A stretch of DNA of 63,683 bases, the filler included, from Olpidium bornovanus S191 (lineage: Eukaryota > Fungi > Olpidiomycota), in NCBI GenBank assembly GCA_017911155.1. It is 28 parts of 28 records of this genome, joined end to end, with 100 filler letters (N's around TTAATTAATTAA, not from the genome) between each part and the next. Parts side by side here need not be neighbours in the genome. Positions count along the whole stretch, not along the records: positions 34,711 to 38,152 come from JAEFCI010008864.1; positions 38,253 to 40,227 come from JAEFCI010001610.1; positions 40,328 to 41,559 come from JAEFCI010010768.1; positions 41,660 to 45,512 come from JAEFCI010008520.1; positions 45,613 to 46,912 come from JAEFCI010010959.1; positions 47,013 to 51,615 come from JAEFCI010010523.1; 22 more parts are not named here. The stretch is one strand, 5' to 3'. Numbering within the stretch: the stretch's first letter is position 1; each line of letters begins with the position of its first letter. Position numbers and translations under genes: made by a program. A model generated the notes under the pieces. It saw nothing but the letters and a program-made list of their open reading frames with translations. It was not told the origin of the DNA and made no database searches. Below are positions 37,903-50,117 of this stretch, piece after piece.

Positions 37903-38352
37903 TGTGGGGCGGAAGGTGTCAACGTGAGGGAGAGCAGCCGACGTCGGTGACGAACGACGGAAAAGACGGGTGGGAGGGGGGGAGGGGGGGGCGTAGTGCG
38001 CTCAGCGCGGTTGATGATGCGGGGAGGTGGGGGGGAGGGTGAGATCAATTTTGCATTAGGAAATTCCCGGTGGTTTGGTTGCCGGGGTCTTCCCGTCCGA
38101 CCCACTCGTTTGCTCTTGGCTCATTTCCGGACTGGGCCCCCCCCCCCTTCCCNNNNNNNNNNNNNNNNNNNNNNNNNNNNNNNNNNNNNNNNNNNNTTAA
38201 TTAATTAANNNNNNNNNNNNNNNNNNNNNNNNNNNNNNNNNNNNNNNNNNNNCCCCCAGCGCCCCCCCCCCCCCCACACCCCCCCCCCCCCCCCCCCCGG
38301 GGGGAAACCCCCCCCAAAAAAAAAAAAAAAAAAAAAAATAAATAAGAGCAGC

Positions 38353-39485
38353 ATGCCCGAGGAGGAGGAGGAGGAAGGAGGGCGGCCGCCGCGTGAACGC
38401 GACCAGCAGCAGCAGCAGCAGCCGCCGCCGCCGCGCCGGCGGCCAAGCTTTCCCGCCGGCGAGGCGGCCGGCGTCTCGGGCGGGAAGCGCGCCAGGGCGC
38501 CCGGAGGGGAGGGCGCGGCGGCGAAGCGGCGGAAACGGTGCGACCTTGGGAACGGCGGCGGCAGCGCCGCGGGCCAGCCAGCGGAGGAGAGGGACGGAAC
38601 AATGGTCTCTCTGTTCGTTTGCGTGTGCCGGGACGCCCCACCCACCTCGACAGGCCTCCGCCGGCTGTGCGCTGCTCGCGCGGTCTCACCGGGGCCACCT
38701 CCGTTCTCTTGCAGGCGGCCGTCCTGGAGCTCCTCAGGGACCCTGTCCTCTCGGACCTGCCGGAGATCCCGACGGCGGAGGAGGTCGACACCCTCATCGC
38801 CCTCGAATCTGGCTCTGCCTACCGCGTCACCGTCGAGCGCGGCGGCCTGCCTCCGCTGCGTAAGGCCTCCAGGCGCGCCGTGCCCGTCGCGGGGTTGCGA
38901 AAACGGGCCCTGACGTTTCAGGAGCCCCGCCTCCGTCGACATTGACCGGCCCCCCTCCCCCTCCCCTCTTTTTTTTTTTTCTTTTTTCTTTGGTTTGGCC
39001 AAGACAAGTCCTCGTCGCCCGCCAGAACGCGACGCTCCGGGACTTGAAGTCGCTTATCCGCCTCAAGGTACAGCGAGCCGAGGAGCAGAAAACCCCGCCT
39101 CGCGTGCCATACAAAATCAGCTGGTATGCGCCGTATCCTTTTTGTTTTTTCCTCTTCCCCCCTCACGCGCCGTTCTCTGCCAGTCACCCCCCCGTGGAAC
39201 GACTGTGCCCTTTTCCGGCGCGCGAAAAACGTTCGCTTCTCCGGAGCAAACGGCTGTCGTCCAGTCCAATCCACACACACACCCCCCCCTTCCTCCCGCA
39301 GGAAGTACATCTGGAAAACGTACTGCCTGGCCTTGAACGGGTATCCCCTCGTGGACGACACCGCGAAGCTCGTCGATGCGGGCATGCGGAACAACTCGGT
39401 TGTCACCTTCCTCAAGGCGTACCCCGTGCGGAAAAAGGAGCGGCCCGAACGGCCGGCGAAAAGGAAAAGGGAAGCCAGGGGCTGA
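38353..39485 (+). CDS. SNRNP25: U11/U12 snRNP 25-kDa protein (minor spliceosome)
   Basis: DPVLSDLP...EEVDTLIALESGSA, QNATLRDLK, ISW|KYIWKTYCL and KLVDAGMRNNSVVTFLK align with the known SNRNP25 sequence pattern (DPLLCDLP..EEVNSQIALEYG / ISWSYVWRTY / YGIRNRDEVSF). Confidence 0.88.
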
Positions 39486-39892
39486 GAATGCGCTGTCTTT
39501 TCGCGAAGTTACCTGTTCGGCGAGGGAAAGAGGGGGGTTGGGCGGGGGTTCTGTGGTCGTTCGTTTCCGGTGGTCAGGGACGCCGGGTTCCCCCCTTTCC
39601 CCCCCGTCCCTCCCCTCCCCCGCACACCAGAATCAGGGCGGACTGGCCAACGGTGCACCAAAGAGGACTTTGCGTCGTCAAGGGTTTGGGTAGGAGCCAT
39701 GCGGCCGCTTGTCGTACTCGAACTCTGGCGGGTCTCTCGAAAAAAAGTTCGGGGACAAACGAAGTTGACGTTCCCCCGAGGTGTCTTGCGGTTTCGCCGC
39801 GCACGTTGTAGGGTTATCTTCTATTTTATATGTTAAACACATTTGAGTGCAATGCGGGCCGACCTCCGCGGTGCGCAGGGCGACGATCCCAA

Positions 39893-40100
39893 TCACTGGG
39901 CTGCCAGCTTGGTCACCACTCCGACGCGGACGGTCTGGTCGAAGCTCGCGAAGACGCAGAGCCCTAGCTTGTCAGCCGACCAGTCGAAGGCGGCGACGGG
40001 TTGCTCGGCCACGTGGGCATTATTGAGCAGCGTTACGGTTCCCGGAACGCCCTCCATTTTCCCGTCGGAGTCCTTGCGGCTCCGCTGGGCGGGGTAGTTG
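39893..40100 (-). CDS. WDR92: WDR92/DNAAF10 (dynein assembly factor), last exon (absent from the ORF track)
   Basis: [65 protein letters not shown] matches the WDR92 C-terminus. Confidence 0.9.
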
Positions 40101-40185
40101 CTGGTCGACCGCAGATTCCCCGGGGTATGCCAACGTGTACGGGGGAAGGGTTAGTCGGACGTGGGGGGGGGGGGGGGGGGGGGGG

Positions 40186-40227
<42 letters not shown>

Positions 40228-40327
40228 NNNNNNNNNNNNNNNNNNNNNNNNNNNNNNNNNNNNNNNNNNNNTTAATTAATTAANNNNNNNNNNNNNNNNN
40301 NNNNNNNNNNNNNNNNNNNNNNNNNNN

Positions 40328-40806
40328 ACATGTCGAGAAGCCTTCGGGTTTACTGCAACACCTGCTGGTAAGGGAATACCGCTCTCCGCCGCTCCCGGCA
40401 GGGAACAGACGCAGAGTCGCCTGCGAAATCGTTGGGTGGCGGTTTAACTCCGTCTTCCGTCGCGTTTTGCCGGCCCCTTGCGCGGGCGGTTCGGAAAACC
40501 CGAAAAACGCAGTTTACCTTCCTCCGCGACCAGTACACCCGGACGCTAATGGTTAATCCCAGCGAAGACCGTGTTGACTTCCGGGCCGCCTGCTTTTGCC
40601 ACAAGCGCATCGTGGATGTTGCCCACGTGTGCTCGGTGTGCCTTAGCATATTCTGCTCCTTTCGCGCCGTGTGCTCGACCTGCCGCACCAAGTTCACTTT
40701 GGAGCTCGGCTCCGCCGGCGGCCTCAAAATCCCAAGCGCGTCTTCCTCGGCCGCCCACAACGCGCCGGCGTCGGCTGACAGCAGCAGTCGCGGTGCGACG
40801 CGTTGA
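40328..40806 (+). CDS. TFB4: TFIIH subunit Tfb4/p34, C-terminal part
   Basis: VDFRAACFCHKRIVDVAHVCSVCLSIFC...CSTC zinc-finger motif. Confidence 0.92.
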
Positions 40807-41487
40807 GGGGGTCAGGCGACCGGAGCAAAAAAAAAAAACAACCTGTTGTGGAAGGGGCGTCGCCGGGGCGCCGCGCCCCAGGCCGGGAGACTCGTGTCGC
40901 GCGGTTTTTTAGGTAGCCCGAAACGTGGCGCCCCGCAGGTAGCCCGGAAAGCGGCAGCGGGTGCCCAATGTTCTTGCGTCCAACTGCAAGCCCCCGTTGA
41001 TCGAGCCCACCTTCCAGAGACTTTTTATGGCGGTCCCGTACTCGCTTCGGATCGGCCGGGGGGGCGTAATTCGCAGCGCGAACGCGCGCCCGGCGGCGTG
41101 TCCGCTGTCCCTTTTTCTATTCCGGTTCCGGATTTTGTTGTTTCCTCATTCCTCCAAATCACGCGTGTGCGGGGCAAGACAAAAGGCCCGCTGGGTTCGG
41201 TAGTTGCGTGACCGACTCCCACCACTCGCCGGTTCCACAAGATTTCTCGACCATCTGAGAACCACCGCTGCGCCCTTCCCTGCTTCCCGTCCGGACCGTC
41301 GTTTTTTCGACGTCTGAAAACGGTGTAGTATAGACATCGTCAGCGCGTAATTCGGCTGGTGCTCTATCCTCGTGAAGGAGATGAGAGTGCGGTGTGGATA
41401 AGTTGTCTGTGTCTCTGGATTTTTTGGCGGCGGAGGTTTTTGGCGCAAAAAAAAAATTATCCCCGTCCTTTTTCAGCGGTGAGGTCC

Positions 41488-41543
<56 letters not shown>

Positions 41544-41659
41544 CGGGAGAAAGGGGGGGNNNNNNNNNNNNNNNNNNNNNNNNNNNNNNNNNNNNNNNNN
41601 NNNTTAATTAATTAANNNNNNNNNNNNNNNNNNNNNNNNNNNNNNNNNNNNNNNNNNNN

Positions 41660-42377
41660 CATGGATATCGAGAGGATTATGTACACCCACGCCACTTGTA
41701 CGGATGGTTCCTGCTTAAACATAGCTTTTGGCGTGACGGCGGTTCAGCTTCTCAACGCTTCTTCGTGCCGACGTCCGCTAAACTTCGCCCCCTTGCGTCT
41801 ACCATTCAAGCGTTGGGTATATCTCTGCTCACCGTGTCGCACCGACCATCTCTGTGGACATATCACAAGTGAGTCTACCCGGCAACCGAGTTTTTCGTCG
41901 CGTTCAGTCTCGTACAAAGCTGGGCTTTCGCAGGTGCGCGCAGAGTATGACTTTGTTTGCCTTCTACAGCTACATCCTTCAATACGACGGCCAGGGTGGG
42001 TATGTTTTCATGGAGCTCGACGCGGAACGCCGGCTGGCATTACAGGAAGAGAAGAACCAGGTGAGGGTTCTGGTATACGCGGAATTCTCGACTTTGTTCC
42101 GCGTTATCACTTCAAATTGGCTGGCCATTTTTTGTGTCGCTTTGAATCTCTCGCAAAGTTTCGTTCCCGCACGGGACCCGCACACATTAACGTGGACGGA
42201 TTCACCAAAATCCGGCGGTTTTCTTTTTCCCGCCTTGCCACCCAGATCGAGCACAAGCTCGTGGAGGTCCCGAAGCTGCAGGCGCGATTGGAAGAGCTCC
42301 TGGCGGAAGAGACGGAGCTAAAGGCGGCGTTCGCGGCATCGAAGAGGAGTCGAGGCTCCGGCGGGTCGAAGAAGTAG
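41660..42377 (+). CDS. Peroxisomal ABC transporter (ABCD/Pxa family), C-terminal exons
   Basis: MDIERIMYTHAT|SLGISLLTVSHRPSLWTYH|NYILQYDGQGGYVFMELDAERRLALQEEK|IEHKLVEVPKLQARLEEL. All splice phases are compatible. Confidence 0.9.
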
Positions 42378-42625
42378 TCCTGGGACACTCGCAAATCAGA
42401 ACGCCGCCTTGACCGTTCAAACTAATACGGAAGCATTTCTAACCAGAAAAATAGGTTTTGGCGCGGCCAGAGTCTTGCTTTGTCTTTGCCCAAATTTTCC
42501 CGGGGACCTGCGCACCCGAAGTCGCTTCAGGCTGTGGAGCGGCAGGTTCGCTCAATTGGCAATCCGTGACTGTGATCGTTCCGACTGCGTCCGACCGGTT
42601 GATCAAACCATCCATCAAAAACCCG

Positions 42626-44360
42626 TCAACGCCTCTCCCGGGAAGGCTGCCACCGCGTGACCACAACTTCGCGGACCGCGCAGTTGTCGAGCAAGGCCGC
42701 GGGGGAACAAGACTGATGGTCCAGTCGCACACCCTCGCCACACCCTCTGTCCTCTTCTGCGCAGATCTCCGGCGCCGGCAACAAAACGTAGGCTATCAAG
42801 AGAGTCTACGTAAACCGAGAAAAAACGCATTGGGGGGTTAATGAGGAACTAGCGAACAATTCCTAACACGGCGCGATGGCGCCGCCGCCCTCGCCCAAAT
42901 ACCGCGCCCGTACCTTCCTGACCTGCCCGCATACACGGACGATGGCCATAAGCCAAGCCTGATCCCGTGAGCAGAGCACTGCTTCCCAAGCGGTTCGCAC
43001 CCATTGCGTCCCATCATGCCGAAGTTGAGCGGATGCGGGATGCGGGATCGGGATGACCACGACCGCGTAGCTGGGTGAGAGGAAGAGCGATGAGCTACAA
43101 CGGCGCTGCCATTCCCGCTAGAGGCCGGATGATCCGACCGAAGCGCTTACTCAGAATGGCGGAACATCGGCCCTTTTCGATATAAAACTACGCCAAAACC
43201 GTTTTTGCGTCAGGGGGGCAAAACGGGCCAGCTACCGTCGCCATAAGATCCCAAACTCTTCAGCGAGGCGCCACACACGACAAACGGGCACGTAAGGCGG
43301 GAGAACGTACCGAAGTCCACTCCGTATTTTACGCCAGAACGCACGACGTAACCGAGGCTCCGGTAGTAGTGGTACACCACGTAGCGGACTGCGAAGGGGT
43401 TAGCGGCGCCTGGCGCGGCATCTGCCGCCCAATCCAGGCCGTCAGGGTCGCACCACGGAGAGCGTGCGGCGGACCTGCAAAAGGACGACCATAGGTGTTG
43501 TGTCGATAGAGACTCCTTTTCAAACGGTATTTCCGCGAGATGTCAGCGCCCCCGTCTGGGTACTGTCCAATGCGAGACCCGTCGGTTCGGGGACCCGTCC
43601 GCGGCCCGGAGCGGTCACTTACAGCGTCAGGGCCAACGACAGAGAGACACCCCACGGCCCACTTAAGGAAGATCACCTCGTAAGGACTGAGCTGAAAATG
43701 TTCAACCGCGTCCGCGCCTGATGATTCGGCTACATCGTCCGCGCTCCGACTTGACGTTGAGTGAGCACTCGCGTCCGTTTCAGGACGCCTGCCCGGCAGC
43801 AGGAGGACGGCAGCCGCCGTTTCCTCCGCCTCCTTCGGGTGACCAACATCTAAAACCTTCCCGTCTTCAGCAGGCAAATCCTCCCCGACGGCGGCGACGG
43901 GCTTCCAGGCCAGTTCTCCCCCCCGGCTGAGGTTCGCCTTCCCAAAACAGCCCTCCCGCCACAGGCGGGCCGCAGAAGCGAGATCAGGCACGCGCACGAC
44001 GCACGAATGGCCCGGGAGTCCGAGGGCGTGTCCGACCAGTTTCCGCCAGGGGTAAGGCAGGAGCGGCAGCCGATCGGCGAGGTGGCGCGGGAGGAACATC
44101 CGGCAAAGGCGGCGCGGCACGGTGTAGGCCACGAGGAGCACCCGGAGGAAAACGCGGTAGAGGCAGTCCCGCAGGGCCAGAGATTTCGGCTGCCGATGGC
44201 GCCCCTGCCTCGTCGGTGCCGCCGTCACTTCCAAGCGCCGGCGCGGCGCGCCGTCCGACGGCTTCTGCGCTGCCGGCCAGGGCCACGGCGCCAGCGGGGT
44301 GGGAAGCGCCCTCTGCGAGTGCAGCGCCCGCTCGTCGGCCGACAGCCACTTGGCGGGCAT
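42626..44360 (-). CDS. SEN2: tRNA splicing endonuclease catalytic subunit Sen2, complete
   Basis: Motifs LWREGCFGKANLSR, EHFQLSPYEVIFL, YVVYHYYRSLGYVVRSGVKYGVDF, LYRKGPMFRHSEYAVVV, RVCGQVRKTLLIAYV and VREVVVTRWQPSRER*. Confidence 0.9.
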
Positions 44361-44638
44361 GTTGGCGCGCGAGTGTTGCGACGCGCGGGGAGGATGAAAA
44401 GGGTGGGAGGGTTGCGGCGCGCCAAGCGGAAGCCGTCAGGTCACGTGATTAAGCTGAGGAGAGGGGGAAAAGGGGGCCGCCCGCCGCCGCGTCCCACTCA
44501 CGCCGCAGCCACGCCCGCGCCACCCTCGACCGCCAACAAATCGCCGCCGCGCGCCGGTTCCGAAAGTCAAGCCGACCGCTTCGCCGCCCCGGCCCGCGCT
44601 CTTCCGCTCGCCAGACCCGGCGCCTGCTGCCGTGTCTT
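44361..44638. promoter_or_regulatory. Putative bidirectional promoter between SEN2 and SPB4, with E-box GGTCACGTGAT
   Basis: Head-to-head start codons 278 nt apart; TCACGTGA at about 44441-44448. Confidence 0.5.
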
Positions 44639-45512
44639 ATGGCGCTTTCATCGCAGGCCGGGTCTTGGGACTCGCTTGATGCTGATCAACAAGGCCGGCG
44701 GGGCGGGGGGAAAGTTGGCCACAAGCAACTCGTGTCCGACTCCACGTACGTGGGCCGCTCCCGCCCGCGTGTGCGGTTCCGCCGGCTTGGCAAGCAGCCG
44801 CTGTTCTGTCGCCACGACGGTGATTTAATGACGCTGGCATTGGGCGTCGAAACTCCGGGGACATTGCATCTAATTTTTCCACCTTCGCGCCCGCCTGCCC
44901 GCCTGCCCGCTTGCTAGCCTCGACACGCTTCGCGCCCTGGGCTTCTCGCATATGACGCCTGTTCAGTCGAGCACGATACCCCTCTTCATAAATAACAGAG
45001 ACGTCGTGGTGGAGGTGCGTGGAAGCTAGCGCCGCCTTGTTGCTGCGTGCGGTGTGCGCGAACGTACGTTTGAAGCGGCAACTCCAACCAGTGCTTCCAC
45101 CCGACTCTTCCTGGTTCAAGGCAGTAACCGGGTCAGGCAAGACGCTTGCGTTTGTGATAGCAATCATAGAGGTCCTCTACCGCAAGGAACAGAACCTCAA
45201 GATGCTCGACGTTGGCGCAATCATTGTCTCGCCAACAAGGTGCGGCAGTCATTCGGCCAACGGCCCCTCACGCGGGCGTTATATGCCGCTTACGCTCTGT
45301 GCTCGAAAAGGGAATTGGCGAAACAGATCCACGACGTCCTCTCTACTTTTCTTCCGCAGTCCGAGGAACACACACCACGATTGAAGCACGCGCTCTACAT
45401 CGGCGGAAGCACGACGCTTGCGGAAGATCGCGCGTCGTTCGCCGCTCACGGGCCGGACATTATCGTCGGCACGCCGGGAAGGCTGGAGGAGCTGTTGCGG
45501 ACCGGCGACATG
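44639..45512 (+). CDS. SPB4: DEAD-box RNA helicase Spb4/DDX55, N-terminal part
   Basis: Motifs [23 protein letters not shown]|[17 protein letters not shown]|ELAKQI and [15 protein letters not shown]. Confidence 0.88.
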
Positions 45513-45612
45513 NNNNNNNNNNNNNNNNNNNNNNNNNNNNNNNNNNNNNNNNNNNNTTAATTAATTAANNNNNNNNNNNNNNNNNNNNNNNNNNNNNNNN
45601 NNNNNNNNNNNN

Positions 45613-45910
45613 CGCTTGTTCAAAATGCGGAAACGGCAAGGCCAGTTGTGCGCGAAATAATGCCAACCTTTTGATTTTTTGAAATGCTTCGACCGCCAAG
45701 TAATCCAGGCCAGTAACAGTGGACATATCCATGACCATGAACTGGATGGGCTGCTCTCCCCATTGGCGTCCGTCCAGTTTCACACGCATCGCGTTTTCGA
45801 GCTGGTCGAACGTGCCGAAAAACATGTAGCCCTGCAGCTTCAGGATGCTGATTTGTCGACCCGCGACGTCGCCCGAATGGGCGCCGAACGGTCGACTTGG
45901 CCGTCTGACC
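45613..45910 (-). CDS. STAS domain of an SLC26/sulfate-transporter-family protein (Vsb1/YGR125W-like), fragment
   Basis: QISILKLQGYMFFGT...PIQFMVMDMSTVTGLDYLAVEAF. Confidence 0.78.
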
Positions 45911-47334
45911 TGTTGTGAGATCAAATCAGATCAGATCAGGTTAGCGGCGTGGAGGACAGCATGTTCCCGTGCTGATGCATGGAGATTTGATTGCAGACGC
46001 AAAGGTCAAACAATCAATTGTATTTTTTTCATAAATGACTCGGCAAGGCCGTTTTGTTGATGCTGGCATGGCACCAAGCATTGCAAGTCGATCCTTGTCG
46101 CCGTTGTGGGACGGTTCGGGCCGCCGGTAGTCCCGGTCGGGCCCTCCCGTATTACCTCTCCCCAGCCCTCAAAACCCCCCCCCCCCCGTTTTTCCCGGAC
46201 TCTCCTTCTCGCTTTCGCGAAACAATAAACGACTACGACGCTTTCGGACGGGCGGTCGGCAGCTCCTGTGGTTGGAGGGTAGAGCCGGGGAGAAGGAAGG
46301 GCGGGCCTGGGGCCACTTTGAAGAGGTCTTCGAAGGCCGCAAGGAGGGAGCTTCCGCGCCCCACTGTCACCCCCTGTCTACAGCCGAGTGCGCGCGTCGG
46401 ACAGCCAATAGCTGCCCGTCAAACCCTGCCGAACACCGGTCGGAGGCAGAAGTCTCCCTGCACAGTGCAGAAATCCTCAAAGGATTTTGATGCAAATTCT
46501 TTCGTGTTATTCGTTCGCAACGTCTTAATTGGATACTCTGGGTAGTGGGCGCGGAATCGGATGATGTGCAAAAGTAAACGTGCAAACGCAATGCCTGAAG
46601 CATTGGCAAAAGCTGGGTGAGCCCGTTAGGGTGAAACCCAGTGTCTGGCGTGAAAAAACGTCCGTCCGTCTGTCATCGAGCTCAGTCAATCAGAACGTTC
46701 CCCCCTCACTTCCCCCACACCCCCCCCCGCCTCCGGGTGCTGGGTGAGGGCTCCCGCCGCCCCGGGTTCCGAAATCGATGCAAAAGTGCGGAAAAGCAGC
46801 TGGGATTCAAACTGTTGTTTAGATGGTGACATGTAAACATTCTAGCCACTCAGATAAGTATCGTCACACACATCATCCTAAAAATATTCCTTGAGCTTCA
46901 CGCTGGTGGCACNNNNNNNNNNNNNNNNNNNNNNNNNNNNNNNNNNNNNNNNNNNNTTAATTAATTAANNNNNNNNNNNNNNNNNNNNNNNNNNNNNNNN
47001 NNNNNNNNNNNNCATGTCACGGTCACGCGCAAACCCATTCCAACCGCCCGGCAAATGACGATAAACGCGCCAGCCCTTGTTTTCAACCGCACTGCAAATT
47101 AGGCGGGCTAGACGACTTACAAACAGAGTGCAACCAGGTGCCAATCGGGGGTGGGCGGGGGGTTAACCCTAAGCGGGGACAGGGTGCTGTAAAATGCGGG
47201 TTGAAAACCTTTCGCAGTAAAATCCAAGAAATTCCTGCCTGCGCGGTCTAACGAGAACCCTTCGGGACAAGGTGTGGGGGGGCCGCCGGGGAGGGAATTT
47301 TGGGCATTTTGCCCCCGTGACGTTTTGGAGCACC

Positions 47335-49310
47335 TTAATTCTCGCACTCGTCTTCGACTACCGCATAAACGATCGCCAATTCGCGCCGCTCGGCGCGGGC
47401 GGTGTGATTGACGTACTTGACAAACCGCTGGGCAGGCTGGATGCGGTAAACGAGGTCGAGGGTGTTCGATCCCGGCTGCAGCGCGAGCAGGTTCTCGTCA
47501 CCGGAAACGTAGTGGAGGGCTCCGCCCCACGACGCGTCCCACGCCCCGCAGTCGTCTCCGGCGCCCGCGCCGGAGTCCTCGGCGGTGGCTTCGGTGCACG
47601 AGAAGACGAGGTCAAGGCCTTCGGGCTCCTGCGCGTGGTCGTGAAGGAGCGTGTAGTCCCCGCAGCCAAACTTGCGGACCTCGGCGTACGACGAGGCGAG
47701 CTTGAGCTCGGTGAGGGAGCCCAGGTAGCCCGCGAATTCCCGCGACCGGAAGAAATCCCTGAGGCGCGCCCAGAACGGCGGGACCTCGCCCGTCAAATCG
47801 TCCGCGTCGCTTTTCTCTTCCTCGGCGTCCTCTCGCGATCCGTCCGCGTCAAACCCGCCGCTCCGTCGCTCTGGCGCCCCTGTCGACGGCGCCGGCCGCC
47901 CGGCTACCCCGGAGTCGGGCGGGTCGGCCTCCTTAGCGCAGGCGTACCGCCGCACTGACGCGGGCCCCACGGGCTCACCCCACCGCGCGTCACGGAGGCT
48001 GCGCAGCAGCCGCTCGTACACGTCAGCCCGCAGGAATTCGAGCAGGCGCGCGCTGGACGTGTCGACGAACGTGTCGCTTATGCCGCTGCGCGAGGTCGTA
48101 CTCAAGTAAACCGGGTTGATCCAGGCGTCTAGGCGGTGAGCGGGCGAGGACGACGCCAGCAGGCGAAGCGGGCGGTCCACCACGGCTCGCTTCCGGAATG
48201 GGCCGTGGAACCAGCCAGACACTGACAACCGTTCCCGGCCGCCCATTACCTCCGAGACCTGGTGGTACGAAGTGTCCCCCACGGCAAAGAAAGCCAGGGA
48301 GTTGAAAGCCGGGACGATCGAGCGCGCGACGTGCCGGGGTTGGTTGTTGTCGTCCCTGTTACACCGCGTCCACAACGGGTGGTTTGCGGATGGAGGAATT
48401 GTGGGGGGGGGCGGGTGCGGGGGAGGGGGAGGTCGTCAGTGGTTCAATACGACCGGAAGTGCTCCGAGCCAAAAGCCCGCGTACGTTCGTCCAGAGTCTG
48501 GCAGGATATTCCTCGGAAGGGACTGACGCACGCAACTTGTCAAAAAGGTCCAGGCGCCCGCCGTCCTTCTCCGACCAGTCCTCCTCAACAAGATAAAGGA
48601 TAAACGCTATCCTCCGTCCTTCAGTCTGGTTCCCAATGTCGTCGTCGTGGCAGAGCAGGCAGCCCTTATCTGGGTAACGATGGGCTGACAAGTCGACAGT
48701 GTCGTTAAGTTCCAGTCCGGTGAGGGCAGCGAACATCGCCACAAATTCAGGGCTATAAATGGCTTCGCGGAGGAGGGCCAGCGGGCCGGCCTCGACCAGC
48801 CGCAAGTCCTCCGATTGATAGAACTCATAAAGGTCGTTGCTCTTGTGGTAATATGTCTCCTCTAGCGCTAAAAAAGGGTCATTCAGATTTCAACACCACA
48901 GGAGACGTCGGGAAAAGGAAGGGAAGGGGGGGAGCCTCACCCGCCTTCCGCACAGACCGCAGGAACTCGGCGTCGAACACGTCCCGAAGCAACCCGGACG
49001 CGAAGGGCGCCCCGACGACCGTCGACCGCGAGGGCTCATCGCGGAAGTCCTGGCCGCTGACGAAGGCCTCGCGGAAAGCCGCCTGGAAATTCTTGTCGGC
49101 GTATCTGCGGTTGAACTGCACAGGCCCCGGCTTCTGCTTCTTCCTGCTGGGCTGCCGGGCCGCAGCAGCAGCAGCTGCTGCCGGCGGGGAGGCGGCACTG
49201 CGGCGCCGCCCGCTGGCAATCGAGTTCCGGGCCGTCCTGGTGGATGCTGCTGCTGCTGCTCCTGGCTCCCGGACGCCCGGTGTGTCTGGCAGCAACGGAG
49301 TACTCGTCAT
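47335..49310 (-). CDS. OGFOD1: Prolyl 3-hydroxylase OGFOD1/Tpa1 (two 2OG-Fe(II) domains)
   Basis: Motifs KSNDLYEFYQSEDL, LLCHDD, RRIAFILYLV, SYHQVSEV, RLSVSGWFHG, WINPVYL and GDYTLLHD. Confidence 0.92.
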
Positions 49311-49323
49311 ATCTGCCCTTTTT

Positions 49324-49360
<37 letters not shown>

Positions 49361-50081
49361 CCGGGGGCGCGCCTTTGTTGTGTGGTTGTAGTATGTTGTA
49401 TTGTGTAGTAAGTGACTGTTGACTGAACGCCCGCAACACTCCTCCCCGGCCGAAGGGCGAACGGATCTACGAAGGATACATTGATGATGTGCAACGTGGT
49501 GCTCTCTTGCACAGTGGTATGTGAGAACGTATTGATCCGCAGTTATGGTGGATCCTAGCCCAAATTATAAATACTTGGTGGGCCCCTTCGCGGGATACTT
49601 TGTAGGCCCCGTCGCCTCGCCAACAAGCGATGTCGTGCGATGTGCTCGTCGCCGCCGCCATCCCCCTTCCCGCGGATGCGCCCGACGCGCTTGGCCTTCC
49701 GCCGACGACCGTCCCCGTTTTTGGTTGGGACGAACGCACCACGGCCCGCGCTCCCGCTTTCCCGACCGTTAACTTCGACGCTCACGCGCTCAGCGTTATG
49801 AAGCACCAGCACGCCGCCTTGTAGCGTGACAGAGTTACGACCGCTCTCGACGTCGATTGCGCCGCATTCATTTTTCGCGACTTTCGAAGTTGCTATCGAT
49901 GCCGTCGACGGGAAAACGAAAACGACGACGAGGTTTGCCAAGGTAGCTGACGTTATCGTGATTTGGAGGTTTTGATCGACGAAGGTGCTAGGCCCGACGG
50001 CCGTTGCGACGAGCGAGAATTGCAGAGTTGTTTTCGATTCTTTTATTTTTTTATTTTATTCTTTTTCTTTTTTTTGTGAGC

Positions 50082-50117
<36 letters not shown>

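Noticed and set aside
42366-42377. C-terminal SKK of the ABCD transporter as a PTS1 signal
   Set aside because: It is not a canonical PTS1, and peroxisomal membrane proteins use the Pex19 route.
49472-49479. Minus-strand GTATCCTT upstream of OGFOD1 as another U12 donor
   Set aside because: No homology-supported upstream exon and no U12 branch point; chance occurrences of this 8-mer are expected in 60 kb.
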